DNA of 64,000 bases from Bacillales bacterium (GTDB lineage Bacteria > Bacillota_I > Bacilli_A > RF39 > UBA660). The notes beneath the pieces were generated by a model. The model did not search any database. It was not told the DNA's origin and was given only the letters and a program-made list of their open reading frames with translations. The first letter of the stretch is position 1; each line of letters opens with the position of its first letter. This document shows positions 45,910 through 56,814 of the stretch, one piece after another. The DNA lies in contig JAEEJY010000020.1 in NCBI GenBank assembly GCA_016282155.1, positions 1,183 to 65,182 of the forward strand, written 5' to 3'. The translations under genes and the position numbers were made by a program.

Positions 45910-48057
45910 ATGAATACAGATATAATTAAACAGATTAGTAAAGAATTAGAAGTAAGTGAAAAACACGTTGAAGCCGTATTAAAAATGCTTGAAGAAGGAG
46001 CAACTATTCCTTTTATAGCTCGTTATCGTAAAGAAGCAACAGGGGCTATGGATGAAGATAAAATACGTAGTGTTAATGAAGTATATTTATATCAAGTAAA
46101 TTTACTAAAAAGAAAAGAAGATGTTATTAGATTAATTGATGAAAAAGGTTTAATGACTGATGAGTTAAAAGAAAAAATTATGTCTTCTACTAAATTAGTT
46201 GAAGTAGAAGATTTATATAGACCTTATAAGGAAAAGAAAAAGACTAAAGCAACTGAAGCTATTAAAAATGGTTTAGAACCTTTAGCTAAAATGATTATGT
46301 CTTTCCCAGTTAATGGTGATCTTAATAGTTTAGCAAGTAAGTTTATTAATGAGAATGTTAAAACTAAGGAAGATGCTATCACTGGGGCTGGTTACATTAT
46401 TGCGGAATATATCTCAGATAATGCATATTTCCGTAAATGGATAAGAAATTATATTTATAAGAATGGTGTCTTGGAGACTAAAGTTAAGAAAGATAATCCT
46501 GATACTAAGAAAGTATATGAGATGTATTATAACTATAATGAAAAAGTTAGTTATATAAAACCTCATCGTATCTTAGCAATTAATCGTGCGGAAGATGAAA
46601 AAGTACTTACAGTAAATATTAATATTAATAATGAAGAAATATTTAATTATTTAGAATCAAAGATTATTAAAAATGATAAAAGCTTTGTTGTTGATATTGT
46701 AAAAGATAGTATTAAGGATAGTTATAAACGTCTTATTTTTCCATCTATCGAAAGAGAAATAAGAAGTGATTTAACAGATAAGGCTAATGTAGCGGCAATT
46801 AGTAATTTTGCTTCTAACTTAGAAAGTTTATTACTAACACCACCTATGAAAGAAAAGATAGTTTTAGCTTTTGATCCAGGATACACAAATGGTTGTAAAT
46901 TAGCTGTTATTGATAAAACAGGTAAATATTTAACTAGCTGTGTTATTCATCCTTTTGCAAGTAGTAATAGTGCTTTAGAAGCATCTAAAACTACTTTAAA
47001 AAAATTAATAAATGATTATCAAGTTGATATTATTGCGATAGGTAATGGTACAGCTTCAAGAGAATCAGAAAGCTTGATAGCTAATTTAATTAAAGAAATT
47101 GACCGTAAGGTAGAATATATAATTGTTAGCGAGGCGGGAGCTTCTATCTATAGTACAGAAAAAGTAGCTCAAGAAGAATTTCCAAATCTAACACCTAATG
47201 AAAGAAGTGCCGTAAGTATTGGAAGAAGACTTCAAGATCCTTTAGCGGAACTTGTTAAGATTCCACCGGAAGGAATAGGAGTTGGTTTATATCAACATGA
47301 TGTTCCTGAAAAGGAATTAAAAGAAAGTTTAGACTTTGTTGTATCAAAAGCAGTTAATAGTGTTGGTGTTAATATTAATACCGCATCATCATCACTACTT
47401 AAATATGTTTCTGGTATTACAAAGAAAAATATTGAAAAGATTATTGAATATCGTAATAAATATGGTAGATTTAATAGTCGTAAAGAAATTAAAAAATTAT
47501 TAAGTGACAAAGTATATGAACAAGCTATTGGATTCCTAAGAGTAGTGGATGGAGATAGTATTTTAGATGCTACCGGTATTCATCCCGAAAGTTATGATAT
47601 AACTTTAAATCTACTTGATAAACTAAATTTAAGTATTAAGGATATAGGTACTCCTAAAATTATTGAAGTTTTAGATAAACTTGATATTAATAAATATGCT
47701 AAAGAATTAAATACAGATATTTATACTTTAGAAGATATTGTTAAGAGTTTAAAGAGTCCTAATAGAGATCCTCGTGATGATATGCCTAAACCATTACTTA
47801 AGAGTGATGTTTTACATATTGAAGATTTAAAACTTGGAATGATGCTTCAAGGAACTGTAAGAAATGTTGTAGATTTTGGAGCATTTATAGATATTGGTCT
47901 TCATAATGATGGTTTAGTTCATATATCTAAAATAACAGACAAATATATTAAACATCCTAGTGAAGTATTAAGTGTAGGAGATATCGTTGACTGCTATGTA
48001 ATTGACATTAATATTGAAAAAGAGAAAGTTTCCTTATCACTATTGAAAGGAGAATAG
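45910..48057 (+). CDS. tex: Tex-like transcription accessory protein (S1 RNA-binding domain)
   Basis: N-terminal Tex pattern (ATIPFIARYRKEATG). YqgF-like and HhH regions. C-terminal S1 domain (GTVRNVVDFGAFIDIG). Confidence 0.9.
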   Translation: MNTDIIKQISKELEVSEKHVEAVLKMLEEGATIPFIARYRKEATGAMDEDKIRSVNEVYLYQVNLLKRKEDVIRLIDEKGLMTDELKEKIMSSTKLVEVEDLYRPYKEKKKTKATEAIKNGLEPLAKMIMSFPVNGDLNSLASKFINENVKTKEDAITGAGYIIAEYISDNAYFRKWIRNYIYKNGVLETKVKKDNPDTKKVYEMYYNYNEKVSYIKPHRILAINRAEDEKVLTVNININNEEIFNYLESKIIKNDKSFVVDIVKDSIKDSYKRLIFPSIEREIRSDLTDKANVAAISNFASNLESLLLTPPMKEKIVLAFDPGYTNGCKLAVIDKTGKYLTSCVIHPFASSNSALEASKTTLKKLINDYQVDIIAIGNGTASRESESLIANLIKEIDRKVEYIIVSEAGASIYSTEKVAQEEFPNLTPNERSAVSIGRRLQDPLAELVKIPPEGIGVGLYQHDVPEKELKESLDFVVSKAVNSVGVNINTASSSLLKYVSGITKKNIEKIIEYRNKYGRFNSRKEIKKLLSDKVYEQAIGFLRVVDGDSILDATGIHPESYDITLNLLDKLNLSIKDIGTPKIIEVLDKLDINKYAKELNTDIYTLEDIVKSLKSPNRDPRDDMPKPLLKSDVLHIEDLKLGMMLQGTVRNVVDFGAFIDIGLHNDGLVHISKITDKYIKHPSEVLSVGDIVDCYVIDINIEKEKVSLSLLKGE

Positions 48058-48058
48058 T

Positions 48059-50587
48059 ATGTTACAAATAAAAAACATTACTAAAATTTATGAAACAACA
48101 GGTTTTAAACAAAAAGCTTTAAATAACATCAGTGTAAGTTTTCGTGAAAATGAGTTTGTTTCAATCTTAGGTCCATCAGGATCTGGTAAAACAACATTAT
48201 TAAATATTATTGGTGGTCTTGATAACTATACAAGTGGTGATTTAATAATTAATGGTGTTTCAACCAAAGATTATAAGGATAAAGATTGGGATAGTTATCG
48301 TAATCATCGTATTGGATTTGTATTCCAAAATTATAATCTTATTATGCATCAAACAGTTTTACAAAATGTTGAACTTGCTTTAACTTTAGCGGGTACTAGC
48401 AAAAAAGTAAGACATGCTAAAGCAATTGAAGTTTTAGAAAGTGTAGGATTAATTGATCATATAAATAAAAAACCTAATGAGTTATCGGGTGGACAGATGC
48501 AAAGAGTTGCGATTGCTCGTGCGTTAATAAATGATCCTGATATCTTACTTGCTGATGAACCAACAGGTGCTCTAGATACTGAAACAAGTAAACAAATAAT
48601 GGATTTACTAAAAGATATAGCGAAAGACAAATTAGTTATTATGGTAACGCATAATCCTGATTTAGCTAATATCTATTCAACAAGAATAGTTAAAGTACTA
48701 GATGGTAAAGTAATTGATGACTCTAATCCATATAATGAAGAAGATGAACAAAATAACTATAAAACTAAAAAAACTAGTATGAGTTTTAAAACAGCTCTAG
48801 GTCTTTCTTTAAATAATTTACTTACGAAGAAGGGTCGTACTATTTTAACTGCTTTTGCGGGTTCAATAGGTATTATAGGTATTGCGCTTATTATGAGTTT
48901 ATCAAATGGTATTCAAGAGTATATTAATCGTACGGAAAAAGAAACTCTTGCTAATTATCCACTTCAAATTCAAAAACAATCATTAGATATGTCAACTTTA
49001 ATAAGTACAATTATTAGTAAGAATGAAAAAAGAACTTATAAAGATAATAAGATTCATTCGGTAAATGTAATGGGTGATGTCTTAAGTACAATGACTCGTG
49101 AAGTTAAAACTAATGATTTACAAAAATTTAAGGAATATATTGAAAGTAATAAAACAAATATAAAAGACTATACAACAGATATTAAATATGGTTATGATGT
49201 AACTTTAAATTTATATAAGCCAGGAAACGATGTTGTTAGAGTAAATCCAACTACTGTCTTTGATGCTGTAGGAATGGGTACTAGTAATGTATCTAGTGCT
49301 TATTCAGGATATATGTCTAATTATGATGTATTCTCAGAACTTATTGATAATGAAGAATTACTAAAACAAAAATATAAATTAGTAAGTGGTAAATGGCCTA
49401 CTAAATATAACGAAATAGTTGTTATGGTAAATGAAAATAATGAAATGGCTGACTATACACTATATAGTTTAGGTATCTTAGATCAAAAAGAATTAGAAGA
49501 TAAATTTAATCGTATGGTTAATGGTGAAAAAATTGATTTTGAAGAAACAAGTTATACTTATGATGATATTATAGGTTTAACATATAAGTTAGTTTTACCT
49601 ACAGATTTATACAAAAAAGAAGGTAATATTTGGGTTGATTATTCAAACAATGAAGATTATTTAAAGAGTGTTATTAATAATAGTGAAGATATTAAAATAG
49701 TAGGTATTATTAAACCGGGTGAAGAATCAGTAGCTGGTAGTACAAGTGGTAATGGTACTGTAGGATACTTACATTCTTTAACCGAACATATGATAAATAA
49801 AATAAATGAAACTACTATTGCCAAAGAACAATTAAGTAATCCAGATATTAATATTTTTACAGGTATGGAATTTAGTAAAAATGAAATAGATTATACTAAA
49901 TTAACTCCTAGTGAAATAGCTTATTTTAGTAGTTTAAGTCCTAATGAATTAGCTAGTTTAATGAATAGTTTAAAAGCAACTTATAAAGACAATTTAAAAA
50001 CTTTAGGAATAGCGGATTTAGATAATCCAGATAGTATTAGTATTTATCCAAAAGATTTTGATAGTAAAGAAGAAATAGCAAATATTATTCAAAAATATAA
50101 TAAAGGCTTAAATGATGAGGAACAAATTACTTATACGGATATTGTTGGTATTATGATGAAAAGTGTATCAAGTATTGTTAATGTTATAAGTAGTGTTTTA
50201 ATAGCTTTTGTTTCAATTAGTTTAGTTGTATCTAGTATTATGATTGCAATCATTACTTATATATCAGTAATTGAAAGAACTAAAGAGATTGGTATCTTAC
50301 GTGCAATAGGAGCTAGTAAGAAAGATATATCAAGAGTATTTAATGCTGAAACTTTAATTGAAGGATTTGCTTCCGGTATATTTGGTATTATGGTTACTTT
50401 GCTTTTAAATTTACCAATTAATTTAATTATTAAAGCTAAACTTAATATAAGTAATATTAGTATCTTACCAATTAATGGAGCTATTATTCTTATATTAATA
50501 AGTATAGTTTTAACAGTAATCGCAGGTTTAATACCAGCACGTATGGCAAGTAAAAAAGATCCTGTAATAGCATTAAGAACAGAGTAA
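48059..50587 (+). CDS. fused ABC transporter ATPase plus FtsX/MacB-type permease
   Basis: Walker A GPSGSGKTT, signature LSGGQMQR, Walker B LLADEPT. A large extracytoplasmic loop between TM1 and the C-terminal FtsX-like 3-TM bundle. Confidence 0.85.
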   Translation: MLQIKNITKIYETTGFKQKALNNISVSFRENEFVSILGPSGSGKTTLLNIIGGLDNYTSGDLIINGVSTKDYKDKDWDSYRNHRIGFVFQNYNLIMHQTVLQNVELALTLAGTSKKVRHAKAIEVLESVGLIDHINKKPNELSGGQMQRVAIARALINDPDILLADEPTGALDTETSKQIMDLLKDIAKDKLVIMVTHNPDLANIYSTRIVKVLDGKVIDDSNPYNEEDEQNNYKTKKTSMSFKTALGLSLNNLLTKKGRTILTAFAGSIGIIGIALIMSLSNGIQEYINRTEKETLANYPLQIQKQSLDMSTLISTIISKNEKRTYKDNKIHSVNVMGDVLSTMTREVKTNDLQKFKEYIESNKTNIKDYTTDIKYGYDVTLNLYKPGNDVVRVNPTTVFDAVGMGTSNVSSAYSGYMSNYDVFSELIDNEELLKQKYKLVSGKWPTKYNEIVVMVNENNEMADYTLYSLGILDQKELEDKFNRMVNGEKIDFEETSYTYDDIIGLTYKLVLPTDLYKKEGNIWVDYSNNEDYLKSVINNSEDIKIVGIIKPGEESVAGSTSGNGTVGYLHSLTEHMINKINETTIAKEQLSNPDINIFTGMEFSKNEIDYTKLTPSEIAYFSSLSPNELASLMNSLKATYKDNLKTLGIADLDNPDSISIYPKDFDSKEEIANIIQKYNKGLNDEEQITYTDIVGIMMKSVSSIVNVISSVLIAFVSISLVVSSIMIAIITYISVIERTKEIGILRAIGASKKDISRVFNAETLIEGFASGIFGIMVTLLLNLPINLIIKAKLNISNISILPINGAIILILISIVLTVIAGLIPARMASKKDPVIALRTE

Positions 50588-50602
50588 AATCTGTTCTTTT
50601 TT
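50576..50602 (+). terminator. rho-independent terminator
   Basis: 7-bp stem agaacag / ctgttct spanning the stop codon, then T6. Confidence 0.65.
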
Positions 50603-50659
50603 GAATTTTTCAAATTATAAAGAATATGCTATAATATATATACCTTTGGAGGTGTTATT

Positions 50660-51400
50660 ATGAAAATGAAAGATATCGAAAATTTTTATTATAATGATAA
50701 AAAAGAATATATATTAAGTAATCGTAAGGGATTTGAAAATTTCCTTATCGCTCATTACTCAGAAACAACAAATATTGAAGAAATGCAAGAACTAGTTGAT
50801 AAGTTAATCGCTTGGTATAAAATTAAAATGCCAGATCGTAAGAGAAATGAATTAGATATGCGTTATAAGAATATCCCAGATATTGGAGATATAATGACTT
50901 ATGAACAACTAGAATATCGTTATAAAACAATTGAACAATTTGTTATGGAATGTCCATATAAAGAACATGTTTATGGTAGTAGAATAAATGAAACTGAAAT
51001 AAAATCAAAAAACGGAAGTATTTATGTAAATATTAACGGTAGTGTAAGCTATAAGACTTTAAAAAATTATGGTTTAGATTTTATGAGTGTTGAAGAATTC
51101 TATAATGAATTTGCTGATAAGATGGATTTAAGTAATTTAAGGGCTTTCTTAGATAAACATATGTTAGATTTGATCTTAAGAAATCATATTATTGATGCTG
51201 TAAGAAAAGGATTATACTATTCAGCTGGAGCTAATGTTGAATTAGGAGAAAAGAGAATGAAAACATTCCTTAACGATGTAAATAGTAGATATCAAAATAT
51301 TGATTTAGCTAATAGAATGTATGATGCTAAAAAATATGCTTCTATGAGTATTGAACCAGAAGAGAAAAAAAGTTTCTTAAAGACTTTATTTACAAAATAA
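50660..51400 (+). CDS. hypothetical protein (246 aa)
   Basis: Monocistronic ORF with SD GGAGGTG, its own -10 (TGCTATAAT) and a terminator. No motif recognised. Confidence 0.55.
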   Translation: MKMKDIENFYYNDKKEYILSNRKGFENFLIAHYSETTNIEEMQELVDKLIAWYKIKMPDRKRNELDMRYKNIPDIGDIMTYEQLEYRYKTIEQFVMECPYKEHVYGSRINETEIKSKNGSIYVNINGSVSYKTLKNYGLDFMSVEEFYNEFADKMDLSNLRAFLDKHMLDLILRNHIIDAVRKGLYYSAGANVELGEKRMKTFLNDVNSRYQNIDLANRMYDAKKYASMSIEPEEKKSFLKTLFTK

Positions 51401-51425
51401 TATAGCGTTAAGCTATATTTTTTTG
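51398..51425 (+). terminator. rho-independent terminator feeding into the -10 TGTATAAT (51424-51431)
   Basis: 8-bp stem aatatagc / gctatatt, then a T-run. Confidence 0.7.
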
Positions 51426-51450
51426 TATAATTATAATGGTAGGTGATGAT

Positions 51451-52272
51451 ATGGATAATGAAATATTAGATTTTAAAAATGATATTAAAAACTATGTTCA
51501 AGAATTATTCACTCTTATTTTAGAAGATTATCGTAATTATCTACCAACAAGTAAAATAGAATTTATTGAAAATTATGATTTTAACAATAATATTATTATT
51601 GATAAGGGAGGTAAATATACTAAAGCTCCCGCAAGGATAGAGAATAATGTTCTTTCTTTATCACCAACTATCTTCTATGATAATTTTGTTAAGAATTATA
51701 TTGATAATGATTTAAAGATGGTTGATATTGATCTAGTAGAAGAAAAATTTAAGAATCTTCCTTATGAATTATTTAATGTTAATGATTTAAAAACTCTAAT
51801 TAAAACTAAGAATTTATCTTGTTTTGATGTATGTAAGGGTCTTGTTATTCATGAATTATTTCATTATTTAATCACAGTTAAATCATCTTCTCAAGAATAT
51901 AAAATAATTTATAATGGTAAAGAATATAAATGTAAGGGTGTTATTGGGGAATATTTAGAAGAAGGATTAGTAGAATTATATGCAAGAATGTTTGCTTTAA
52001 AACATAATTTATTTATGTTTCCTAATATTAATTATCAAGATAATATAAAATTTGTTTTAAAATTAAGTCAAGAAATAGGTAGTAATATGGATAAGTTAGT
52101 TTTTAATAGTGATTATCTAGGACTACTAAATTATGTTCATAAGAATGGTTTAAAAGAAGAATATTCATCTTTAGAAAATGCCTGGTTAGAAAAAAGAATG
52201 ATATCGCGTTTTAGGAAGATGAATGAAATTAAAGAAGAAGAAATCGAAGAATTAATGATGGAGGAAATATGA
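51451..52272 (+). CDS. HExxH protein (putative gluzincin-like metallopeptidase), paralog of 34499-35323
   Basis: VIHELFHY motif, downstream YLEEGLVELYARMF block, and VFNSDYLGL block shared with the 34499 ORF. ATG at 51451 (SD GGTAGGTGA) preferred over 51436, which overlaps the -10. Confidence 0.6.
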   Translation: MDNEILDFKNDIKNYVQELFTLILEDYRNYLPTSKIEFIENYDFNNNIIIDKGGKYTKAPARIENNVLSLSPTIFYDNFVKNYIDNDLKMVDIDLVEEKFKNLPYELFNVNDLKTLIKTKNLSCFDVCKGLVIHELFHYLITVKSSSQEYKIIYNGKEYKCKGVIGEYLEEGLVELYARMFALKHNLFMFPNINYQDNIKFVLKLSQEIGSNMDKLVFNSDYLGLLNYVHKNGLKEEYSSLENAWLEKRMISRFRKMNEIKEEEIEELMMEEI

Positions 52273-52955
52273 AACCAGTAATCGGAATAATTGCAAGATC
52301 AGGAGCTTTTAGTGATACAAATAAGTTTTTTGTTAATCAAAAGATAGTAAGAGCAGTTGCAAATAATGGGGCAATTCCTGTACTTTTACTTCCTACTGAT
52401 GGAATGGATTATGAAATGGATATTCCTTCTAAATTACCAAGACTAACCGAAGAAAATATTAATGACTTAAGAAGTATGGTTGATAAGTGTGATGGTATTA
52501 TTATTCCGGGGGGAAGTAAATGGTATCAATTTGATTATGAAATCACTAAATATGCTTTAGAAAAAGATATTCCTATATTAGGAATATGTGCAGGTATGCA
52601 GTTACTTGCATCAATTTTTACAAATAAATCTCTTCCTGATATAAGTGTTTTAAATGAAGAACATCTAAAACCAGAACTTGATTATGTACATGAGGTTAAT
52701 ATTAGGGAAGATTCTAAGTTATATGCAATCTTAAAGAAAGATAAGATAAGAGTTAATAGTCTTCATCGAAGTTGCATAACAACTATTGACTCTAAGTACA
52801 TAACAGGAACTACTAATAACTATATAGAAAGTATTGAAGATAAAACAAAGAAATTTGTTTTAGGATTGCAGTGGCATCCTGAAGGTATGCTTACTTATGA
52901 TGAAGATGCGAAACTTATCTTTAAAGCATTTATTGAAGCTACAAAAAAAGACTAA
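52269..52955 (+). CDS. class I glutamine amidotransferase / peptidase C26 (gamma-glutamyl hydrolase, PuuD-like)
   Basis: GICAGMQLL nucleophile elbow and LGLQWHPE His motif. ATGA overlap with the upstream gene. Confidence 0.8.
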   Translation: MKPVIGIIARSGAFSDTNKFFVNQKIVRAVANNGAIPVLLLPTDGMDYEMDIPSKLPRLTEENINDLRSMVDKCDGIIIPGGSKWYQFDYEITKYALEKDIPILGICAGMQLLASIFTNKSLPDISVLNEEHLKPELDYVHEVNIREDSKLYAILKKDKIRVNSLHRSCITTIDSKYITGTTNNYIESIEDKTKKFVLGLQWHPEGMLTYDEDAKLIFKAFIEATKKD

Positions 52956-55309
52956 TTATTATTAGTCTTTTTTATTTCTTTTATAAAATCAAAATTAATT
53001 ACATCCGGCATATCAACACCATTTTCACGAATATAGCGATTATGTTCTTCAATTTTCTCGTAACACCATTTAGTTAAGCTTTCTCTTTCTTTAAATTGTG
53101 GTAAATTCTCTAAAGCATCAATTACTAAATGATATCTATCAATCTTGTTTTGAACACGCATATCAAATGGGGTAGTTATTGTACCTTCTTCTTGATATCC
53201 ATGAATATGAATATTCTTATTAATACGTTCATAAGTTAATTGTCTTATTAAACTTGGATATCCGTGGAAAGCAAAGATAACTGGTTTTGATACAGTAAAT
53301 AATTCATTAAATTCATCATCAGTAAGTCCGTGAGGATGAATAGTGTCTGGTTCTAATTTCATTAAGTCAACTACATTAACAACACGTATTTTAATACCTT
53401 CAATATTGTTACGTAAAATACTAGTAGCCGCAAGTACTTCTAAAGTAGGAGTATCTCCGGCACAAGCTAAAATAATATCTGGATTACCATCATCATTAGA
53501 TGCAAAGTTAAATACACCAATACCTTTCGTACAATGATGATCTGCTTCTTCAATACTTAGCCATTGTTTAGATGGATGTTTCGAAGCTACAATTACATTA
53601 ATATAATTCTTACTTTTAATACAGTGATTAAAACAAGATAATAAAGTATTTGTATCAAAAGGAAGATATATTCTTGTTATATCTGCTTTTTTAGTAACAA
53701 GATGATTTAAGAATCCAGGATCTTGATGGGTAAATCCATTATGATCTTGTTGCCATACATGACTGGATAATACATAGTTTAAACTTGCTATTTCTTTACG
53801 CCATGGAAGTTCACTAGTAACTTTTAACCATTTAGCATGTTGACTAGCCATTGAATCGATAATACGAATAAATGCTTCATAGCAGTGGAAGAATCCATGT
53901 CTTCCTGTTAATAGATATCCTTCAAGCCATCCTTCACATAAATGTTCCGATAACATTGAATCAATGATACGTCCACTAGGATTTAAATATTCATCAGTAT
54001 TTAATATTTTTCCTTCCCATTGTCTATTAGTTGCTTCAAAAGCATAATTAAGTCTATTAGATAGTGCTTCGTCAGGTCCAAATACACGGAAATTAGTAGG
54101 GTTCTTTTTAATAATATCACGAACAAATTCGCCTAATACCATCATATCTTGACTTGTTGTAACACCACGATCTACTTTAATACCATAGTCTTTATAGTTA
54201 GGTACATCTAACTCTTTTAATAATAAACCTCCGTTAGCGTGAGGATTTAATCCCATTGGATGTTTAGGCTTTAAATAATCAAGTTCATGAGTTAAATGGC
54301 CGTTTTCATCAAATAATTCTTCAGGCTTATAACTCTTCAACCATTTTTTAAGTAATACTAAATTTTCTGGATGATCTTTATCTACTTGTAATGGTATTTG
54401 ATGAGCTCTAAAAGAATTTTCAATCATTTTACCATCTACAAATTTAGGACCAGTCCATCCTTTAGGTGTTTTTAAGATAATCATAGGCCATATAGGTCTA
54501 AATGTTTTATTAGTACGAGCTAATCTTTGAATACTCTTAATTTTTTCAATACATTTATCTAAGGCACTAGCCATTTTTTCATGCATTGTTAAAGTATCAG
54601 ATCCTTCAACAATAATAGGTTCATACCCATATCCATTAAATAAACTAATAAGTTCATTAGTACTCATACGCGCTAAAATAGTAGGGTTCGCTATTTTATA
54701 TCCATTTAAATGAAGGATAGGTAAGACTGCTCCATCAGTTTTAGGATTAATAAATTTATTAGAATGCCAACTAGTTGCTAGAGGACCAGTTTCTGCTTCT
54801 CCATCTCCAACAGTACAAGCAACGATTAAATCTTTGTTATCTAAGACTGCTCCAAAAGCATGAGCTAAGCTATATCCTAATTCGCCACCTTCATTAATAG
54901 AACCTGGAGTTTCTGGAGCTACGTGACTAGAAATACCACCAGGGAAGGAGAATTGTTTAAATAATTTTTTTAAACCTTCGGTGTCTTCGGTAATCTCAGG
55001 ATATATTTTAGTATAACTACCTTCCATATAAGTTTGAGCTACCATTGCGTTTCCTCCATGTCCGGGACCGGAAACATATATCATATTAAGATTATATTTA
55101 TTAATAACTCTATTTAAATGTGTATATATAAAGTTTTGTCCTGGAACAGTACCCCAGTGACCAACTAATTTCTTTTTAATTTGATCTAAAGTTAATTCTT
55201 CTTTTAATAATGGATTATCAAGCAAGTATAATTGACATGCTGCTAAATAGTTACTTGCACGAAACCATTTATCTATATCATATAATGTTTTTTTATCTAA
55301 TGTTTTCAT
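52952..55309 (-). CDS. xfp: phosphoketolase (xylulose-5-P/fructose-6-P)
   Basis: [19 protein letters not shown] and TPP-binding GDGEAETG motifs. 785 aa. Confidence 0.95.
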   Translation of the reverse strand: MKTLDKKTLYDIDKWFRASNYLAACQLYLLDNPLLKEELTLDQIKKKLVGHWGTVPGQNFIYTHLNRVINKYNLNMIYVSGPGHGGNAMVAQTYMEGSYTKIYPEITEDTEGLKKLFKQFSFPGGISSHVAPETPGSINEGGELGYSLAHAFGAVLDNKDLIVACTVGDGEAETGPLATSWHSNKFINPKTDGAVLPILHLNGYKIANPTILARMSTNELISLFNGYGYEPIIVEGSDTLTMHEKMASALDKCIEKIKSIQRLARTNKTFRPIWPMIILKTPKGWTGPKFVDGKMIENSFRAHQIPLQVDKDHPENLVLLKKWLKSYKPEELFDENGHLTHELDYLKPKHPMGLNPHANGGLLLKELDVPNYKDYGIKVDRGVTTSQDMMVLGEFVRDIIKKNPTNFRVFGPDEALSNRLNYAFEATNRQWEGKILNTDEYLNPSGRIIDSMLSEHLCEGWLEGYLLTGRHGFFHCYEAFIRIIDSMASQHAKWLKVTSELPWRKEIASLNYVLSSHVWQQDHNGFTHQDPGFLNHLVTKKADITRIYLPFDTNTLLSCFNHCIKSKNYINVIVASKHPSKQWLSIEEADHHCTKGIGVFNFASNDDGNPDIILACAGDTPTLEVLAATSILRNNIEGIKIRVVNVVDLMKLEPDTIHPHGLTDDEFNELFTVSKPVIFAFHGYPSLIRQLTYERINKNIHIHGYQEEGTITTPFDMRVQNKIDRYHLVIDALENLPQFKERESLTKWCYEKIEEHNRYIRENGVDMPDVINFDFIKEIKKTNNN

Positions 55310-55337
55310 TTTTTACAACTCCCTCTAGTATAATATT

Positions 55338-55370
55338 ATTATAACATATTATAGTTAAATATGTTATAAT
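55338..55370. promoter_or_regulatory. 12-bp perfect inverted repeat (candidate operator) in the divergent xfp/HAD intergenic region
   Basis: attataacatat (55338-55349) - 9 nt - atatgttataat (55359-55370). The right arm overlaps a TGTTATAAT -10 element. Confidence 0.4.
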
Positions 55371-55385
55371 TAAATAGGTGATTTT

Positions 55386-55964
55386 ATGAAGACTACATTA
55401 ATATTTGACTGCTACGGCGTAATCTCAACAAGTGTAGCGGAAGTATGGGGAAGAAAGTATTTCTCTGAAGATCAATTTAAGATAATAACAAGTGAAATTG
55501 TATCTAAAGGTGATATTGGTGAATATACAGATTTAGAAGTATATGATAATCTTTCTTTACTAACAGGTGTTCCTAGTGAAGAAATTAGACATGAATGGGA
55601 AAGCCTTGCGCATCTACGTGAAGATTTACTAGAAGAGATAAAAAGACTAAAAAAGAAATACCATATAGTTCTTTTATCTAATGCTTCAAGAGGCTTTTTA
55701 GAAAAAAGTGTCTTAAATAGAATGAATGTGGATGATTATTTTGATGAAATAATCGTATCTAGTGACATTTGTTTAATTAAACCTAATGTTGATATTTATA
55801 CATATGCTTTAGATAAAATAAATAAAACTGCTTTAGAATGTGTATTTATTGATGATAATCCTAAGAATATTGAGGGGGCTAAAAAAGCGCATATTGATGG
55901 GATTGTCTTTAAGAATACAGAGGATTTTAAAAATGATTTAGAAAAACTAGTTAATAAGAACTAG
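55386..55964 (+). CDS. HAD-superfamily hydrolase
   Basis: LIFDCYGVIS (motif I with Y in place of the second Asp), LLSNAS motif II, FIDDNPKNI motif IV. Confidence 0.7.
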   Translation: MKTTLIFDCYGVISTSVAEVWGRKYFSEDQFKIITSEIVSKGDIGEYTDLEVYDNLSLLTGVPSEEIRHEWESLAHLREDLLEEIKRLKKKYHIVLLSNASRGFLEKSVLNRMNVDDYFDEIIVSSDICLIKPNVDIYTYALDKINKTALECVFIDDNPKNIEGAKKAHIDGIVFKNTEDFKNDLEKLVNKN

Positions 55965-55971
55965 TTTTTTA

Positions 55972-56000
55972 TTTGACAAATATTTATTAATATATATAAT
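55972..56000 (+). promoter_or_regulatory. consensus sigma-A promoter, TTGACA-17-TATAAT
   Basis: TTGACA at 55972-55977 and TATAAT at 55995-56000. This places the transcription start after the track ATG at 56003. Confidence 0.7.
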
Positions 56001-56020
56001 ATATGCAAAGAAGTGATAGT

Positions 56021-56710
56021 ATGAGAAATATTGAAGAAAAACTATTTCATTCATGTCGAGATGTTTGCTTTAGAATATTTAACCAAGAAGATATTTTAAG
56101 GTATATTCTAAGTAGTAATATGATTTATAATCGTCATGATTTAGAAGATAAGTATACAGGTTTATTTAAACGTGTAGGAACTCAAAAGGATAATGAAGTT
56201 TGTCTTTCTTTACATAAGAATAATCCTTATTATATTCCTGATTGTCGTATGGAAGAAAGTTCGTTTGATTCATTTGTCTTATACTATGTATCTTTAGTAC
56301 TAGATCCTAGTATTCTTAAAAGAGGTAATTTTGAAATAGAAGGAATGCCTCATGAAGTAAGAGTTAAAGAATCAATAAATATAAAAGATTTTCTCGAAGG
56401 AGTAAGCCTACCTATAACAATAGTAGAAGAATTAGATAAAGTTAAAAATATCTTAAATAAAGATGATATTAATCTTTTGAAATTTTATAGAGATAGGATT
56501 AAGTTCTTAAGAAAAGATATTGACGAGTATAGGTATGCGGAAAGTATTCGCTATAATAGAATTTTAAATGTTTTAAAAGAAGTACATAAAGATGTTCCGG
56601 TAGTAGAACCTATTACGGGTAAAGAAATACCAAGACTATTTGAAGAAGAATTTGAAGAAGCTAGGGATTTAAAAGATAAAGTTTATAAAATAATATCTAA
56701 AAAAATGTAA
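56021..56710 (+). CDS. hypothetical protein (229 aa)
   Basis: ATG at 56021 with an AGAAGTGA SD-like sequence. Monocistronic between a consensus promoter and the terminator at 56715-56738. No secure motif. Confidence 0.55.
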   Translation: MRNIEEKLFHSCRDVCFRIFNQEDILRYILSSNMIYNRHDLEDKYTGLFKRVGTQKDNEVCLSLHKNNPYYIPDCRMEESSFDSFVLYYVSLVLDPSILKRGNFEIEGMPHEVRVKESINIKDFLEGVSLPITIVEELDKVKNILNKDDINLLKFYRDRIKFLRKDIDEYRYAESIRYNRILNVLKEVHKDVPVVEPITGKEIPRLFEEEFEEARDLKDKVYKIISKKM

Positions 56711-56714
56711 ATAG

Positions 56715-56738
56715 AAAATGTACTAGGGTACATTTTTT
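56715..56738 (+). terminator. rho-independent terminator
   Basis: 9-bp stem aaaatgtac / gtacatttt, then a T-run. Confidence 0.7.
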
Positions 56739-56814
56739 ATATTTGTGATTATTTTGTGAAAATTTGTGGTAAAATGAATATGTGAGTTTTAAATTTTAGT
56801 TGAGGAGGAAGAAT

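Noticed and set aside
50603-50615. Small palindrome TTGAA-ttt-TTCAA downstream of the ABC transporter terminator as a regulatory site.
   Set aside because: It is only 5+5 bp in very AT-rich DNA, so it is expected by chance. No second copy was noticed.
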